This document shows positions 53,069 through 62,870 of a stretch of DNA of 64,000 nt, in pieces (the stretch's first letter is position 1; the number at the start of each line of letters is the position of its first letter). The position numbers and the translations under genes were made by a program. The notes below the pieces were generated by a model. The model did not search any database and was not told where the DNA came from. It saw only the letters and a list, made by a program, of their open reading frames with translations. The DNA comes from a virus, in IMG/VR virus record IMGVR_UViG_3300041964_000072, positions 1 to 64,000 of that record, one strand, 5' to 3'.

Positions 53069-55144
53069 TTAATGCTTTACTGTTAATATTTTAGCTTTCC
53101 TGAATAGGGCTAAATTGGGATAATTTCTTTGTAAATTAGCGTCACCTTCAGTAGATGCTCGAATCAAGTCAACAAGTCGTTTCTGTTGCCTAGCCTTTAC
53201 TTTGAGATTCATTTTTTTGTATCTTTGAGTTATGTAAAAAACCTTATTTGGATTATATTTTGTACCATTTATAGAGAGGCTATAAGTGGGATAAGCCCTA
53301 CTTACTTGTTCAAACAATCCCTGAATATTTCGGATAAATGGACTATCTTCCTGCAATAAAGAATCCATTTCGTCTACATCCCGGATAGTCTGGATGATGC
53401 GATTATTTAAAATATCAGATTCGCCTATCAAGTTTCCTGCTGTAGGATCGTCTATCATCGACATTAAGCGATTAGTCTTCCGGGCAACCCCTGTCAGCTC
53501 AGCATTAATAAGTAAAAATTGATTTTCCATATTCAAGAGCCGTTGAAGCTCTCTACGCAATTCCGCCAACAACGGTTTTGCCGACTGCCTTGCGGCTAAT
53601 AGCTGTTGCTGTTGTTGTACTTGCTGTTGTACTGCTGGAGACTCTATCGCTTTTTGGGTAGCCTCTACCTCTGGCTCAGCAATAGGTGAAATCAAGTCCT
53701 CTACTGTTTTAACGCCCGGAACAAATTCAAGTATTTCAGACATAACTCTTTCCTTAATCTCTTTGACATATTCTGGATGAGACTTGAGGTAAAAGTAGTA
53801 CATCAAGCCAATCGACAATATAGAGGTTGTGACAAAGAGTAGTTTTAAGCGTTCCTGGTCTTCCTGTTGTTTTTTGAGTTCTTGTAGTTGATAATATAGG
53901 CTTAACGTTTCATAGGTATTTGGGTTTAACATCAATAATGCTTCCTGAGTAAGAAAGGAAGTTATTGCTTTACCTACCACACCCTTAATAATGCCTTGCT
54001 TTTGCTGTGCAACACCTCCCTGCAAAGTGTTGCGAATACGCTCAATCTCATCTTCTGGTGTCTTTCCTGCTGCAATTAATCGTTCAAGATCTTTTTGGTT
54101 TCGGATTGGCTCTAGAAAGCAGTCACAAAAAGGATGGACTGGCGGATAAGGATGGGTGGTTTGTCTTTGTGCAGGTTTTTTGGTATCAACTCTACGGAAG
54201 TCTGTAAAAAAATAACTCTTCAAATCTGGGACAAGGCTTACTAAGCGCCCATCCATGCTCGTACACAACTCGCACGTCTCTCGCCCAGACATCCTCCAAA
54301 TAAAATCCGACACCCCTCTTGATAGAAATCGGTCTGCACGTCCTAGATTATAGGCGGCGTTAATCTCTGTTTGTGCAATACGATCAATCCTATTGATCGG
54401 ATTAATTTTATAGAAAGCGCTGTCATAGGATTCGGGGTCAGATGCGATCGCATCTTTCAAACCATACGTTCCTTTAATCTGTTTCAAACGATCAGGGTTG
54501 ACGTTCTTTTGGATTTCAGATAACTGACGCTGGTTTAGTAGGGGTAAGAGTTCCTTTCGCTCTGCTGGGGTCAAGTCCGTGAACCGCTTAAAGCTGAGCC
54601 TATTGATTAAGGTACGTTCCTTGTTGGTAGTCAAGCCTACGTTTACATCGGATTTGATATAACGGCTGATTGAGTCTCTAATTTTGCGAGTATATTCATT
54701 GGTAAAAGATCTCGCAATCACGTTATTACGTTCATTCAGGTATATTTGCCCAAACTCCGTTGTAGCAATTGGAGTCCTACCTTCATACTGAATAGTACGT
54801 CGCTTCTCTCGTCCTGATCTCGTTTTGATGCGAGAAGCTGCTTCATCTTTGCTTAGGTTGTCTGCCAGAAACTCAGCAATATCAGTAGATTCATTGAATT
54901 TCGCAAGTGATTCCTGCCCATAGGAAAAGCCCTGATTCCAAAGACCTGTCAGCTCTCCTTTAAGTATGGATGTGAAAGGAATATCAATCCTTTCTAGGAC
55001 TTTTGGATCTTTGTCTATGAGAGGTTTTATGTTCTTTTTTAACCACTGCTCATAAGCGTTGTTGATTTTGGTAAATGTCCTTTGTACAAACTGATTTTTA
55101 TAATTTACTCGCTGGGAATTGCTGAATAAAGAGTCATATTTCAT
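53069..55144 (-). CDS. MuF/SPP1 gp7-like minor head protein with a TM-containing C-terminal extension
   Basis: RIAQTEINAAYNLG...TCELCTSMDG...PPVHPFCDC. Confidence 0.85.
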   Translation of the reverse strand: MKYDSLFSNSQRVNYKNQFVQRTFTKINNAYEQWLKKNIKPLIDKDPKVLERIDIPFTSILKGELTGLWNQGFSYGQESLAKFNESTDIAEFLADNLSKDEAASRIKTRSGREKRRTIQYEGRTPIATTEFGQIYLNERNNVIARSFTNEYTRKIRDSISRYIKSDVNVGLTTNKERTLINRLSFKRFTDLTPAERKELLPLLNQRQLSEIQKNVNPDRLKQIKGTYGLKDAIASDPESYDSAFYKINPINRIDRIAQTEINAAYNLGRADRFLSRGVSDFIWRMSGRETCELCTSMDGRLVSLVPDLKSYFFTDFRRVDTKKPAQRQTTHPYPPVHPFCDCFLEPIRNQKDLERLIAAGKTPEDEIERIRNTLQGGVAQQKQGIIKGVVGKAITSFLTQEALLMLNPNTYETLSLYYQLQELKKQQEDQERLKLLFVTTSILSIGLMYYFYLKSHPEYVKEIKERVMSEILEFVPGVKTVEDLISPIAEPEVEATQKAIESPAVQQQVQQQQQLLAARQSAKPLLAELRRELQRLLNMENQFLLINAELTGVARKTNRLMSMIDDPTAGNLIGESDILNNRIIQTIRDVDEMDSLLQEDSPFIRNIQGLFEQVSRAYPTYSLSINGTKYNPNKVFYITQRYKKMNLKVKARQQKRLVDLIRASTEGDANLQRNYPNLALFRKAKILTVKH

Positions 55145-55473
55145 CGCTTACTTCCCAGATTAAATTCATTAATTACGGCAAGGTGATCCTTATTTAAGCA
55201 CTGGCAATCACTGGCGATAGCAAGGGTACACCTCCCTATCAACATCACACACCAATCAATAAGCCCAGAATCAACAAGCTCACAAATAGCAGGTGATGGC
55301 AAATCCTTTATATTAAAGACAACGACCTTATCAGCCAATGATGTGGTGTCTACCTCAATTTCCATCAAGTATTGGAACTTGGAAAGTGATGTCTCTATAG
55401 ATGCGATTAATTTATTATGATCTTGGTATTTATAATGTCTGCACAGATAGTCAATAAATTCGAGCGGAGTCAT
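55141..55473 (-). CDS. Hypothetical protein
   Basis: 110 aa, coupled to MuF. Confidence 0.6.
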   Translation of the reverse strand: MTPLEFIDYLCRHYKYQDHNKLIASIETSLSKFQYLMEIEVDTTSLADKVVVFNIKDLPSPAICELVDSGLIDWCVMLIGRCTLAIASDCQCLNKDHLAVINEFNLGSKR

Positions 55474-55613
55474 TCTTGAGGGGTAGGCGTTTTGGGAGTT
55501 TGATGTATATATCTATTCTAGGCAAATTTGTATTGTCGAAAGGTTTTTTGTTGGCTAGAATAAAAACATATAACTACTGCATATAACAACCTGTTAACCA
55601 AATCTCTCACTGT

Positions 55614-55937
55614 ATGACATTACGTTTTTCTCGTCCCGAAACTATTGAAGCAATCAAGCAAGAGCTGGGTGATAGTGCCAGCAAAGATCTTATCTCGAAG
55701 GTCATTACATCCTACGATAAAGTGGTAGCGACCGCACTTGTCCAGGGAAATACTGTACAGACCAAATTAGGAGTGTATCAACTGTACCAGACTAAATCTA
55801 CCTTCCGACGCGATCCCCGCACCGGAGATCCGATTCATGTCCCTGCAAAAAACAGGGTGAGATATACTCCTAACGCTAAACTGCGTCAAGAGGTAGAATC
55901 ACTGCCTGTCCAAGACACCGAACTCGTAGCAGCCTAA
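55614..55937 (+). CDS. hup: HU/IHF-family DNA-binding protein
   Basis: LVQGNTVQTKLGVY...RRDPRTGDPIHVPAKNRVRYTP..KLRQ.V. Confidence 0.85.
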   Translation: MTLRFSRPETIEAIKQELGDSASKDLISKVITSYDKVVATALVQGNTVQTKLGVYQLYQTKSTFRRDPRTGDPIHVPAKNRVRYTPNAKLRQEVESLPVQDTELVAA

Positions 55938-55948
55938 GCTGTCGATTT

Positions 55949-56374
55949 ATGGAAATTAACTTAGATGCTGTAAAAGCGCTGCTCGATTGGTTGGACAGCA
56001 GCCCTACAGATTGCGACGGCTTCAGTAACTTGGCTTATGCTGCACTCCTGGAAGCTGAAGTCCCTTCCGAACTGATGATTGGGTGTGTCACTATTTTTGA
56101 GGAAGACTTTGCCCCGCATTATTGGGTACAGCTTCAGCTAGATGCTGAATATATTGTGGATTACCGTAGCCATCGCTGGGTAAGTCCAGAACCGCTACCC
56201 GTTATCCCTCGTGGAATATTTCGAGCAGAGGATTATCCTGAAGTCATATACGCTGGAATGACTTTACCTATCCAGGAAGCCCATAAAAAAGAATATGCGT
56301 TTTTGATGCGATCGCTCCTCACCCATTCGTTTGAGATGGATCTCTATCTCAACAAACATCTGTATGGCTCTTAA
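55949..56374 (+). CDS. Transglutaminase/papain-like fold protein
   Basis: Candidate triad DCDG (Cys), PHYW (His), IVDY (Asp). Confidence 0.55.
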   Translation: MEINLDAVKALLDWLDSSPTDCDGFSNLAYAALLEAEVPSELMIGCVTIFEEDFAPHYWVQLQLDAEYIVDYRSHRWVSPEPLPVIPRGIFRAEDYPEVIYAGMTLPIQEAHKKEYAFLMRSLLTHSFEMDLYLNKHLYGS

Positions 56375-56789
56375 TTTTGGCGAACAAGTACGATTGATGC
56401 AATCAGGGGAGTTCAACGATATGATCGGAAAACTCCTAATCAAATACTCTATTCGTACCTTGCGAGAGGCGGCAAAAACTCCGGGGTCAGTTCCTCCAGA
56501 GAAGCTTGCTTTAGCACGCTCTGTCGAAAAACAAGAGAACCCTAGTTATGCTATGCGTGTCGTTGCATTTGTGGCATTAACTTCGGATGAAATCTTTTCC
56601 GAATATGATGCTGCTGAACGGATTATTGAGGGATTTAAAGACAATAGTTTGGTCGGAAAAATCTTCTCTGTCTTCGATAGTTCCTGGAAGATATTTGCTC
56701 CAGAACCCCCTCCAGAGCAACCCACTACATCACCGAAACCTGCGACCTCTCCAACCCCCCTCACAACGACAACTGCGGTGAGACTCTAG
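56364..56789 (+). CDS. Hypothetical protein (ORF track start 56331)
   Basis: Helical domain with Pro/Thr tail. Confidence 0.6.
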   Translation: MALNFGEQVRLMQSGEFNDMIGKLLIKYSIRTLREAAKTPGSVPPEKLALARSVEKQENPSYAMRVVAFVALTSDEIFSEYDAAERIIEGFKDNSLVGKIFSVFDSSWKIFAPEPPPEQPTTSPKPATSPTPLTTTTAVRL

Positions 56790-56828
56790 ATTCCGAATAT
56801 TTCAGTAATTTTTCTAAATCAATAATCC

Positions 56829-57395
56829 ATGTCTCCGGCTAAAATCTTTTATGATTTTGAGTTTGCAGAGAATGGTTCGATTATCCTTCCTATTTCTTTA
56901 GGATTGGTTGCTGAGGATAACAATGAGATTTATTTGGTAAACGAGTCCTTTGATCCCGCTGATGCGAATGATTGGGTAAGGGATAATGTATTGCCCTACC
57001 TTTATTCTGTCGAGTGCAAAGATACTCAAACCGTACCATTTGCAAAGATGGGGAGTGTTGTCTATGAATGGCTTTCTCAATATATTAGGGATGAAGATTT
57101 AGGGTTAATCGGCTATTACGCTGACTATGATCATGTCTCGCTATGTCAGCTCTGGGGAAGGATGATAGACTTACCTCCCAAAATACCGATGTGGACACGG
57201 GACATTAAACAATGGGCATCAGACCTGGGCAACCCCCAGTTACCGGAAACTGGTAAGGAGGGAACAGAAGGGAATCCACATCACGGACTGGTAGGGGCAC
57301 GCTGGAACAAAAGCGCCTACCGTTGGTTAGTTACTAATTTCGATCATCCTGCATGGAGTGGGCAGTATATGCAAAAAAGTAGTTGTCTAGCGTAA
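56829..57395 (+). CDS. Rv2179c-like DEDDh 3'-5' exoribonuclease
   Basis: FYDFEF...ISLG...WVRDNVLPYL...GYYADYDHV.LCQLWGRM..LP. Confidence 0.85.
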   Translation: MSPAKIFYDFEFAENGSIILPISLGLVAEDNNEIYLVNESFDPADANDWVRDNVLPYLYSVECKDTQTVPFAKMGSVVYEWLSQYIRDEDLGLIGYYADYDHVSLCQLWGRMIDLPPKIPMWTRDIKQWASDLGNPQLPETGKEGTEGNPHHGLVGARWNKSAYRWLVTNFDHPAWSGQYMQKSSCLA

Positions 57396-57401
57396 AAAAT
57401 C

Positions 57402-57713
57402 ATGACTGATACCCTTGTCTTTGAGATCTTGAAAATGTGTCTAGGACAAAAAGCGGTAGTAGATATCTATACCCCGTCAGACATGTTCATTGACGCTCAC
57501 TTAGTTAAATTGTCCGACGAGTATGTAGTCTTTACGAGTACCGAGCTAGATTTTCAGCCTGAAGACTTACTGGCAAGCGTGGGTTGTTCTGGCAATTTGA
57601 AAGAATCCCTTCCTAAAGGAGATAGCAAAATTAAGCAGTTTTGCTGGAAGATATCCGATATTAATGGAGTTAGCCACACACTCGCTACCTTCCCATCCGA
57701 TACGGATAATTAG
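57402..57713 (+). CDS. Hypothetical protein (Sm-like beta pattern)
   Basis: GQKAVVDIYT...AHLVKLSDEYVVF. Confidence 0.55.
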   Translation: MTDTLVFEILKMCLGQKAVVDIYTPSDMFIDAHLVKLSDEYVVFTSTELDFQPEDLLASVGCSGNLKESLPKGDSKIKQFCWKISDINGVSHTLATFPSDTDN

Positions 57714-59293
57714 CCAAACAACTGCCTAAAGTATGTGGTAGTTGTGGGGATTTGATACTGAGCGGGAATCTCAAATAACTTCTTGGCTTCAGCCGTTTCA
57801 TTGAAGCTATTAGTCCCCATAACAACTGATGATGTATTTCGTTCTAGAGTAAGGTAATTGATGCCCTGTGCGATCGCATCTACCTGATCATCATATTTCC
57901 CATTGGGGAAGGCTAATAATTCTGCAATCAATTCTTGTACCCACGGATATCGCTGGGGATTTGGAAAATAAATATTACCACTGGTGAAAAAAGGGAGTGA
58001 AGCGAGAAGCCGCTCCTCTTTGCTTTTGGTAGGGCTTACTGCATGAATGCCTGGTATTTGATTTTCAAGCATTTGAATAAGTGGACTACCATTTGATTTC
58101 CGCTCAACAATCTTTGCTCGTACTGGGAATGTGTGGCAAAGCTGTTTGAAGAGGTTGATTTGAGCAGGGAAATCTATCTGCCCACGCACGGCATGGAAGA
58201 CATAGATATTAGCAAGAATACGCCCAAGGATAATGAACGAGCTGTAGTTTGATTCCTGTGTGGATTCTGTTGCTAAATCGACGGTGAGAATAACATCATT
58301 GCATAGGCTAATATCGGGTAAATTATCAGTGAATTTTAAGTATTCTGTCTTGACATAAGCACCGTCAGAACCCGATGGATTTTGCTGGTAAATCGCTTGC
58401 CAAGTTAGCGGGTTTTTCTTTTCAATATGATAGTAATCGCCATCAAAACGACTTGGACAGATTAAATCCCCTTCCTTCTTTCTGGGATCATTTCGCCCAA
58501 TCGGTGATGCAATCATCAATTTGGGTTCGTATTCTGCGGGAAGGATTACTTGTGTCCAACCTGGCTCATTTTCAAGCACATAATCCGTAATATCTCCATT
58601 CGCTAGTCGCTGCTGAATTAAAAGTTTTCTGGCTGTTCTTGAATTATTTGCACGATTTCGGAGTACATTTTTGTAGAAATTTACTGCCTTAATAATTGCC
58701 GCTTGGGAATAAATGGCATCTGAAGAGTTAAGGTCATCCATTATCAAACTGGTGTAACCCAAACCTAATATCTGAGTGGTTGGTGTCACTCCAAGTCGGT
58801 AGCCTTTTTCGTTGTTATCGAAGCGTAATTTTGTGTTGCTATCAGAAGTCAATCTGAATCGCTTGTGCTTATCAATCCAATGCGTTTTGTACCAATTGCT
58901 TGTAATTAATGAACGACATTTAATGGAGAGGTCAACCACTAAGCGCTCAGTATGGCTTGCTGCCATAATCTTTTCAGAAGGATTACGCAGCCATAGCCAT
59001 GCCGGATAAACAACGCTACATAGTAGTGACTTACCTAGTCGGGGATGTAGATTGATAATTAAGTTTTGGCAATGAGGATCACCTTTTGCTTGAGCAGTCA
59101 GATGATCTGCAATAAGGTCTAGATGCCAGCAACTTAGGTATTTTTCGGATTCAATCTCATTCCATGCTCTGATGAAAAAATGCCTAAGACTTTCCTCTGC
59201 CAACTTATAATCTTCATCAATAAGTTGGCGTTCAAGATCGAGTAGTTTTTGTGAGTTAGATGGCATTAAAAAGGGACAAGAATCCCCTTTCAA
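57710..59293 (-). CDS. terL: Terminase large subunit
   Basis: INLHPRLGKS (Walker A), LIMDD (Walker B), IQQRL, TVDLA, YDDQVDA nuclease motifs. Confidence 0.93.
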   Translation of the reverse strand: MKGDSCPFLMPSNSQKLLDLERQLIDEDYKLAEESLRHFFIRAWNEIESEKYLSCWHLDLIADHLTAQAKGDPHCQNLIINLHPRLGKSLLCSVVYPAWLWLRNPSEKIMAASHTERLVVDLSIKCRSLITSNWYKTHWIDKHKRFRLTSDSNTKLRFDNNEKGYRLGVTPTTQILGLGYTSLIMDDLNSSDAIYSQAAIIKAVNFYKNVLRNRANNSRTARKLLIQQRLANGDITDYVLENEPGWTQVILPAEYEPKLMIASPIGRNDPRKKEGDLICPSRFDGDYYHIEKKNPLTWQAIYQQNPSGSDGAYVKTEYLKFTDNLPDISLCNDVILTVDLATESTQESNYSSFIILGRILANIYVFHAVRGQIDFPAQINLFKQLCHTFPVRAKIVERKSNGSPLIQMLENQIPGIHAVSPTKSKEERLLASLPFFTSGNIYFPNPQRYPWVQELIAELLAFPNGKYDDQVDAIAQGINYLTLERNTSSVVMGTNSFNETAEAKKLFEIPAQYQIPTTTTYFRQLFG

Positions 59294-59310
59294 AACACAG
59301 GTTTTTTATG

Positions 59311-60120
59311 TTAAACGTTGCGCTCAAAAGCAGTCATGAGGTTGTTCACTAAGTTTGTGTAATTAGTTACTTGTGCTGCCGTAAGCCCTCTTTGAATCGA
59401 AGCACATCCAATACTCTTACTTGTTAGTGCTGATAGTACTTCTGAGTTTGGTAAAGAGCCTCCAGCAAGCATATTACTTGCTACTGGTGTCCCTCTAATA
59501 TATAAGCTGTGAGTTGAACTAACTCGTGAAGTACAAACCCAACCAATACAACTTGTTGGAGTGTTTGTAAGTGTTGTTGTTTGATCTAGAGCGGTTGCAT
59601 ACATAACATTATCTGACCAGCGAAGATACAATGAAAGGCTAGCGCTTTCACTGGTTTCCGAAAAAATATCACTACTTTCTCCAGATGGTATGTCAGTCCT
59701 GCAATATAGTCCCAATCCCACACCAGTAGCAGCAAGATTTAGGGAAGGATTGAAGCCAGTACCTAGTGATTTTCCGGCTCCTCCTTTGAGTCCTGTCGTT
59801 CTTGAATAGTCGGACTCCACAAACCCAGTGGCAGTATTAATTTCTTTACTGCCAGCGGTTTGAGCGGGATACCAAAGATTTGCTAAAGCAGCTTTTAAGT
59901 TGTTCCCTGCATACGGGCAAAAATAACGAATAAGGCTATTGCTTACGGTTGTTGCATTACGAAGTCCAGCCGCATAAATTGCTTTTACGAAGGTATCTAC
60001 AGCTTTTATATCATCGTGCGTAATTGACCCCCCATTCGTGTTGATTCGATTGAGATAACTGAGTGTGTCATTGTGCAAATTCGTAATTGTCAAACCTATT
60101 CCAGGATTACTTTTCAGCAT
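59311..60120 (-). CDS. Putative virion protein with lectin/LamG-like C-terminal domain
   Basis: AVDTFVKAIYAAGL...CPYAGNNL..AL pattern plus beta-sandwich. Confidence 0.55.
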   Translation of the reverse strand: MLKSNPGIGLTITNLHNDTLSYLNRINTNGGSITHDDIKAVDTFVKAIYAAGLRNATTVSNSLIRYFCPYAGNNLKAALANLWYPAQTAGSKEINTATGFVESDYSRTTGLKGGAGKSLGTGFNPSLNLAATGVGLGLYCRTDIPSGESSDIFSETSESASLSLYLRWSDNVMYATALDQTTTLTNTPTSCIGWVCTSRVSSTHSLYIRGTPVASNMLAGGSLPNSEVLSALTSKSIGCASIQRGLTAAQVTNYTNLVNNLMTAFERNV

Positions 60121-62783
60121 TATGCCTCCTGCACAAAAAGGACAACACCGCTGGTTATAATCCCTGCACTAAGGTTGATTACGAAACTCTCCCCTACTCC
60201 CCCTTCAAGCCAGTGATATCCCACAATTGCTTGTGGTAGCACAAAACCATTACCTTTGGAGGCTAATGGCATAATTCCTGTTAGGTTTGATGTTCCTGAT
60301 TTAAGAATTACAGAAACATCACCATTAACAATTAAAAATAGTCCAAGGATTTTGATTCTTTGACCTGCAACACCAGTAATTACAGGGTTATCACCACTAG
60401 TAGAAAGTGAAATGCCTTGTCTCCGGATGTTTATAGGGGCAACAGCCATCCGTGGATCTACAAGAGTTCCACCAACGTTGACGGCTACATCAAGTGACCT
60501 CCGGGTATTTGCGAGGTTTGTGCTAATCCCGTTTCCAGCAGAGTCAAAAAGACGTGCGTTTACGTTACCTGTGATTGGCTGTGTAACGGCTGAGCCGTCT
60601 ACCCTGAAGCCACCACTTGCCGCTAATGTTTGTGGAAAAAGATTAGTTAAAAACGAGATCTTTGTTTGTAATCTTTTGAAAAAACCGATGATACTAGAAT
60701 CTTCAGTATCAGTATTAGGTGCTGGATCGGCTTTTGTTCCTACAGATGTAGCCAGGACTCCATCTGACGCAAGTGTTACAGGAAAGGAGGCTGATGCAGG
60801 TTTCGATCCTACTGATATAGGTAAGCGATCGCGTATTCCCTCAACATCTATTTGTCTCGAAGCTCCCGTAGGTAATGGAAGTACTTCAGCGGACACCCCT
60901 TGGATGGCAGGGAAGTTAGACACCGCAACTGAGCCGGATACAGCCTGGGTAGCGGGAAAGTTATTGATTCCTACGTTGCCTGAAACTGGTTGAGTAGCGG
61001 GGAAGTTTGCAACTGAAACTGTTCCGGTTACTGCTTGACTCGTAGGAGAACTAATCTTGAGGTTTCCATTAGCATCGAATGCAAAATTAGGTTGATTCGA
61101 TACTGCAACACTTCCTGAAATAGGTTGGTTAGCTGGAAAATTACTTACTGCAACCGATCCTGCAACAGTTTGGGTGGCAGGGAAATTGTTGATCCCTACA
61201 TTACCTGAAACCGCTTGTGTCGCTGGAAAGTTGTTAATTCCCACGCTACCTGAAACTGGTTGAGTAGCGGGAAAATTGGAAACGGATACTGTTCCTGTTA
61301 CGGCTTGTGATACTGGATTACTAACTTTGAGATTTCCATTGGCATCGAATGTGAAAGCAGGTTGATTCGAGATGGATAGTGAGCCAGATACAGGTTGAAC
61401 AGCAGGGAAATTTACTCTAAGATTTCCGTTAGCATCGAACACAAATGGAGGTTGATTGTTTACAGCTACACTGCCTGAAATTGCCTGGTTTGCAGGGAAG
61501 TTTGAAACGGATACCGCACCAGTAATCGTTTGAGTGGCAGGAAAATTGGTAATCCCTACACTTCCACTTACTTGTTGTGTGGTTGGAAAGTTTGATACTG
61601 AAACAGTTCCCGTTACCGATTGAGTATTGGGAGAACTTACCTTGAGATTTCCATTGGCATCGAATGCGAGGGCAGGTTGATTGCTGATAGCTACCGTACC
61701 TGATACGGGCTGAACGGTAGGGAAGTTTCCAACATTAAGAGTTCCACTAATTTGCTGGGTTGCAGGAAAATTAGAAACCGAGACTAATGCTTGGTTGCTG
61801 TTATTTAGCGCTAAAGGACGAAGCTGGTTACTTGCATTACGTCCTAATGCTGCAATACCTACTGCTGTAGATGGAGTTGAACCTTCTGCATATTCAGTAT
61901 TAGGAACAGAAGTCCCTGAAGTAGTTCCTCCTGATGTTCCACTGACCCGAAGGTTTCCCGATTCATCAAACACAAAGGGAGGTTGGTTGTTGATATTTAC
62001 GCTTCCACTAATCTGCTGGGAAGTCGGAAACTGAACATCAACTTTAAAGCGATCATTTACTAAGGTAGTAGGAAGTCTTTGCACGATTGCAATGACGTGC
62101 CCCATCAGCCCTTTTACAAAGCCTATGAGTCCGCCTGTCCCACTGTCGGAATAAACTGCCGGATCGTTGGGTTTGCCAAGTGCTTGAAAAAGTGTAGAAT
62201 CTTTCGCTGCATCCGCTGGTAAAGGTAGCGAAGCAACACTTATCGCTTGTGTGGTTGGGAAGTTAGTAACTACTACACTGCCCGTAACGGACTGGGATGC
62301 TGGAAACTGAACATCAACTTTAAGTCGATCATTCAGCAATGCAGAAGGTAGCCTGGTGAGGAGATTTATAAGAGTATCTTCTCTTGCGGCTCCAGTGGGG
62401 AGAGGGAGAGCGCTTGCCGCAATTTGCTGGATGGCAGGGAAGTTACTGATTCCAACTTGCCCTAGGTCGTTAATTGCTAGCTTTAGATTAGGATTTATTC
62501 GATCAGCAATAGTTACAATTCCACTATTGCTACTGGTTGTGCCTCCAGTGATGCCAGATATTTTAAGGTTGCCATCAGCATCAAAGGCAAAAGCCGGAAA
62601 ATTAGTGACACTTACCTTTTGAATGTCGGGAAAGGTAACGGAAACATCACCAATAGTTGCGGCTGAACCTAATGAATTAGCGGAAGCTACCCAAACAAAT
62701 TCCCTAGGTACTTCATGGAATTGGAAATTCGTGTCAAATATTGTATTGTAAGCATCAGCAATACTCTGCTTCGTTAATGCCAT
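60120..62783 (-). CDS. NFP(A/T)xQ-repeat protein, probably a virion fibre
   Basis: About 16 V/I-S/N/T-NFPxxQxVSG units and 6 FDx(N/D/S)GNL(K/R)(V/I) units. Confidence 0.75.
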   Translation of the reverse strand: MALTKQSIADAYNTIFDTNFQFHEVPREFVWVASANSLGSAATIGDVSVTFPDIQKVSVTNFPAFAFDADGNLKISGITGGTTSSNSGIVTIADRINPNLKLAINDLGQVGISNFPAIQQIAASALPLPTGAAREDTLINLLTRLPSALLNDRLKVDVQFPASQSVTGSVVVTNFPTTQAISVASLPLPADAAKDSTLFQALGKPNDPAVYSDSGTGGLIGFVKGLMGHVIAIVQRLPTTLVNDRFKVDVQFPTSQQISGSVNINNQPPFVFDESGNLRVSGTSGGTTSGTSVPNTEYAEGSTPSTAVGIAALGRNASNQLRPLALNNSNQALVSVSNFPATQQISGTLNVGNFPTVQPVSGTVAISNQPALAFDANGNLKVSSPNTQSVTGTVSVSNFPTTQQVSGSVGITNFPATQTITGAVSVSNFPANQAISGSVAVNNQPPFVFDANGNLRVNFPAVQPVSGSLSISNQPAFTFDANGNLKVSNPVSQAVTGTVSVSNFPATQPVSGSVGINNFPATQAVSGNVGINNFPATQTVAGSVAVSNFPANQPISGSVAVSNQPNFAFDANGNLKISSPTSQAVTGTVSVANFPATQPVSGNVGINNFPATQAVSGSVAVSNFPAIQGVSAEVLPLPTGASRQIDVEGIRDRLPISVGSKPASASFPVTLASDGVLATSVGTKADPAPNTDTEDSSIIGFFKRLQTKISFLTNLFPQTLAASGGFRVDGSAVTQPITGNVNARLFDSAGNGISTNLANTRRSLDVAVNVGGTLVDPRMAVAPINIRRQGISLSTSGDNPVITGVAGQRIKILGLFLIVNGDVSVILKSGTSNLTGIMPLASKGNGFVLPQAIVGYHWLEGGVGESFVINLSAGIITSGVVLFVQEA

Positions 62784-62870
62784 TTATATAGGACTATATG
62801 TATATCACCTCCTTTCTAAGTTGGGTTTTTGTCGAGTATTTAATACTTTAATTCTATCAACTGCTAGTCT

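Larger units (their letters stand above)
3722..60832. repeat. Dispersed HIP1 octamers (GCGATCGC), at least 20 copies
   Basis: Seen at e.g. 3722, 5161, 5652, 6506, 6521, 7821, 11249, 11537, 12490, 15219, 19173, 22278, 26333, 29016, 29190, 38127, 50354, 52854, 54444, 56308, 57870, 60825; HIP1 is the cyanobacterial genome signature. Confidence 0.95.

Noticed and set aside
60400-62300. DNA-level repeats (GGAAAATT/GGAAAGTT-containing units) as a CRISPR or iteron array
   Set aside because: They are degenerate coding repeats of the NFP protein with variable third positions; there is no constant repeat/unique spacer pattern and no cas genes.
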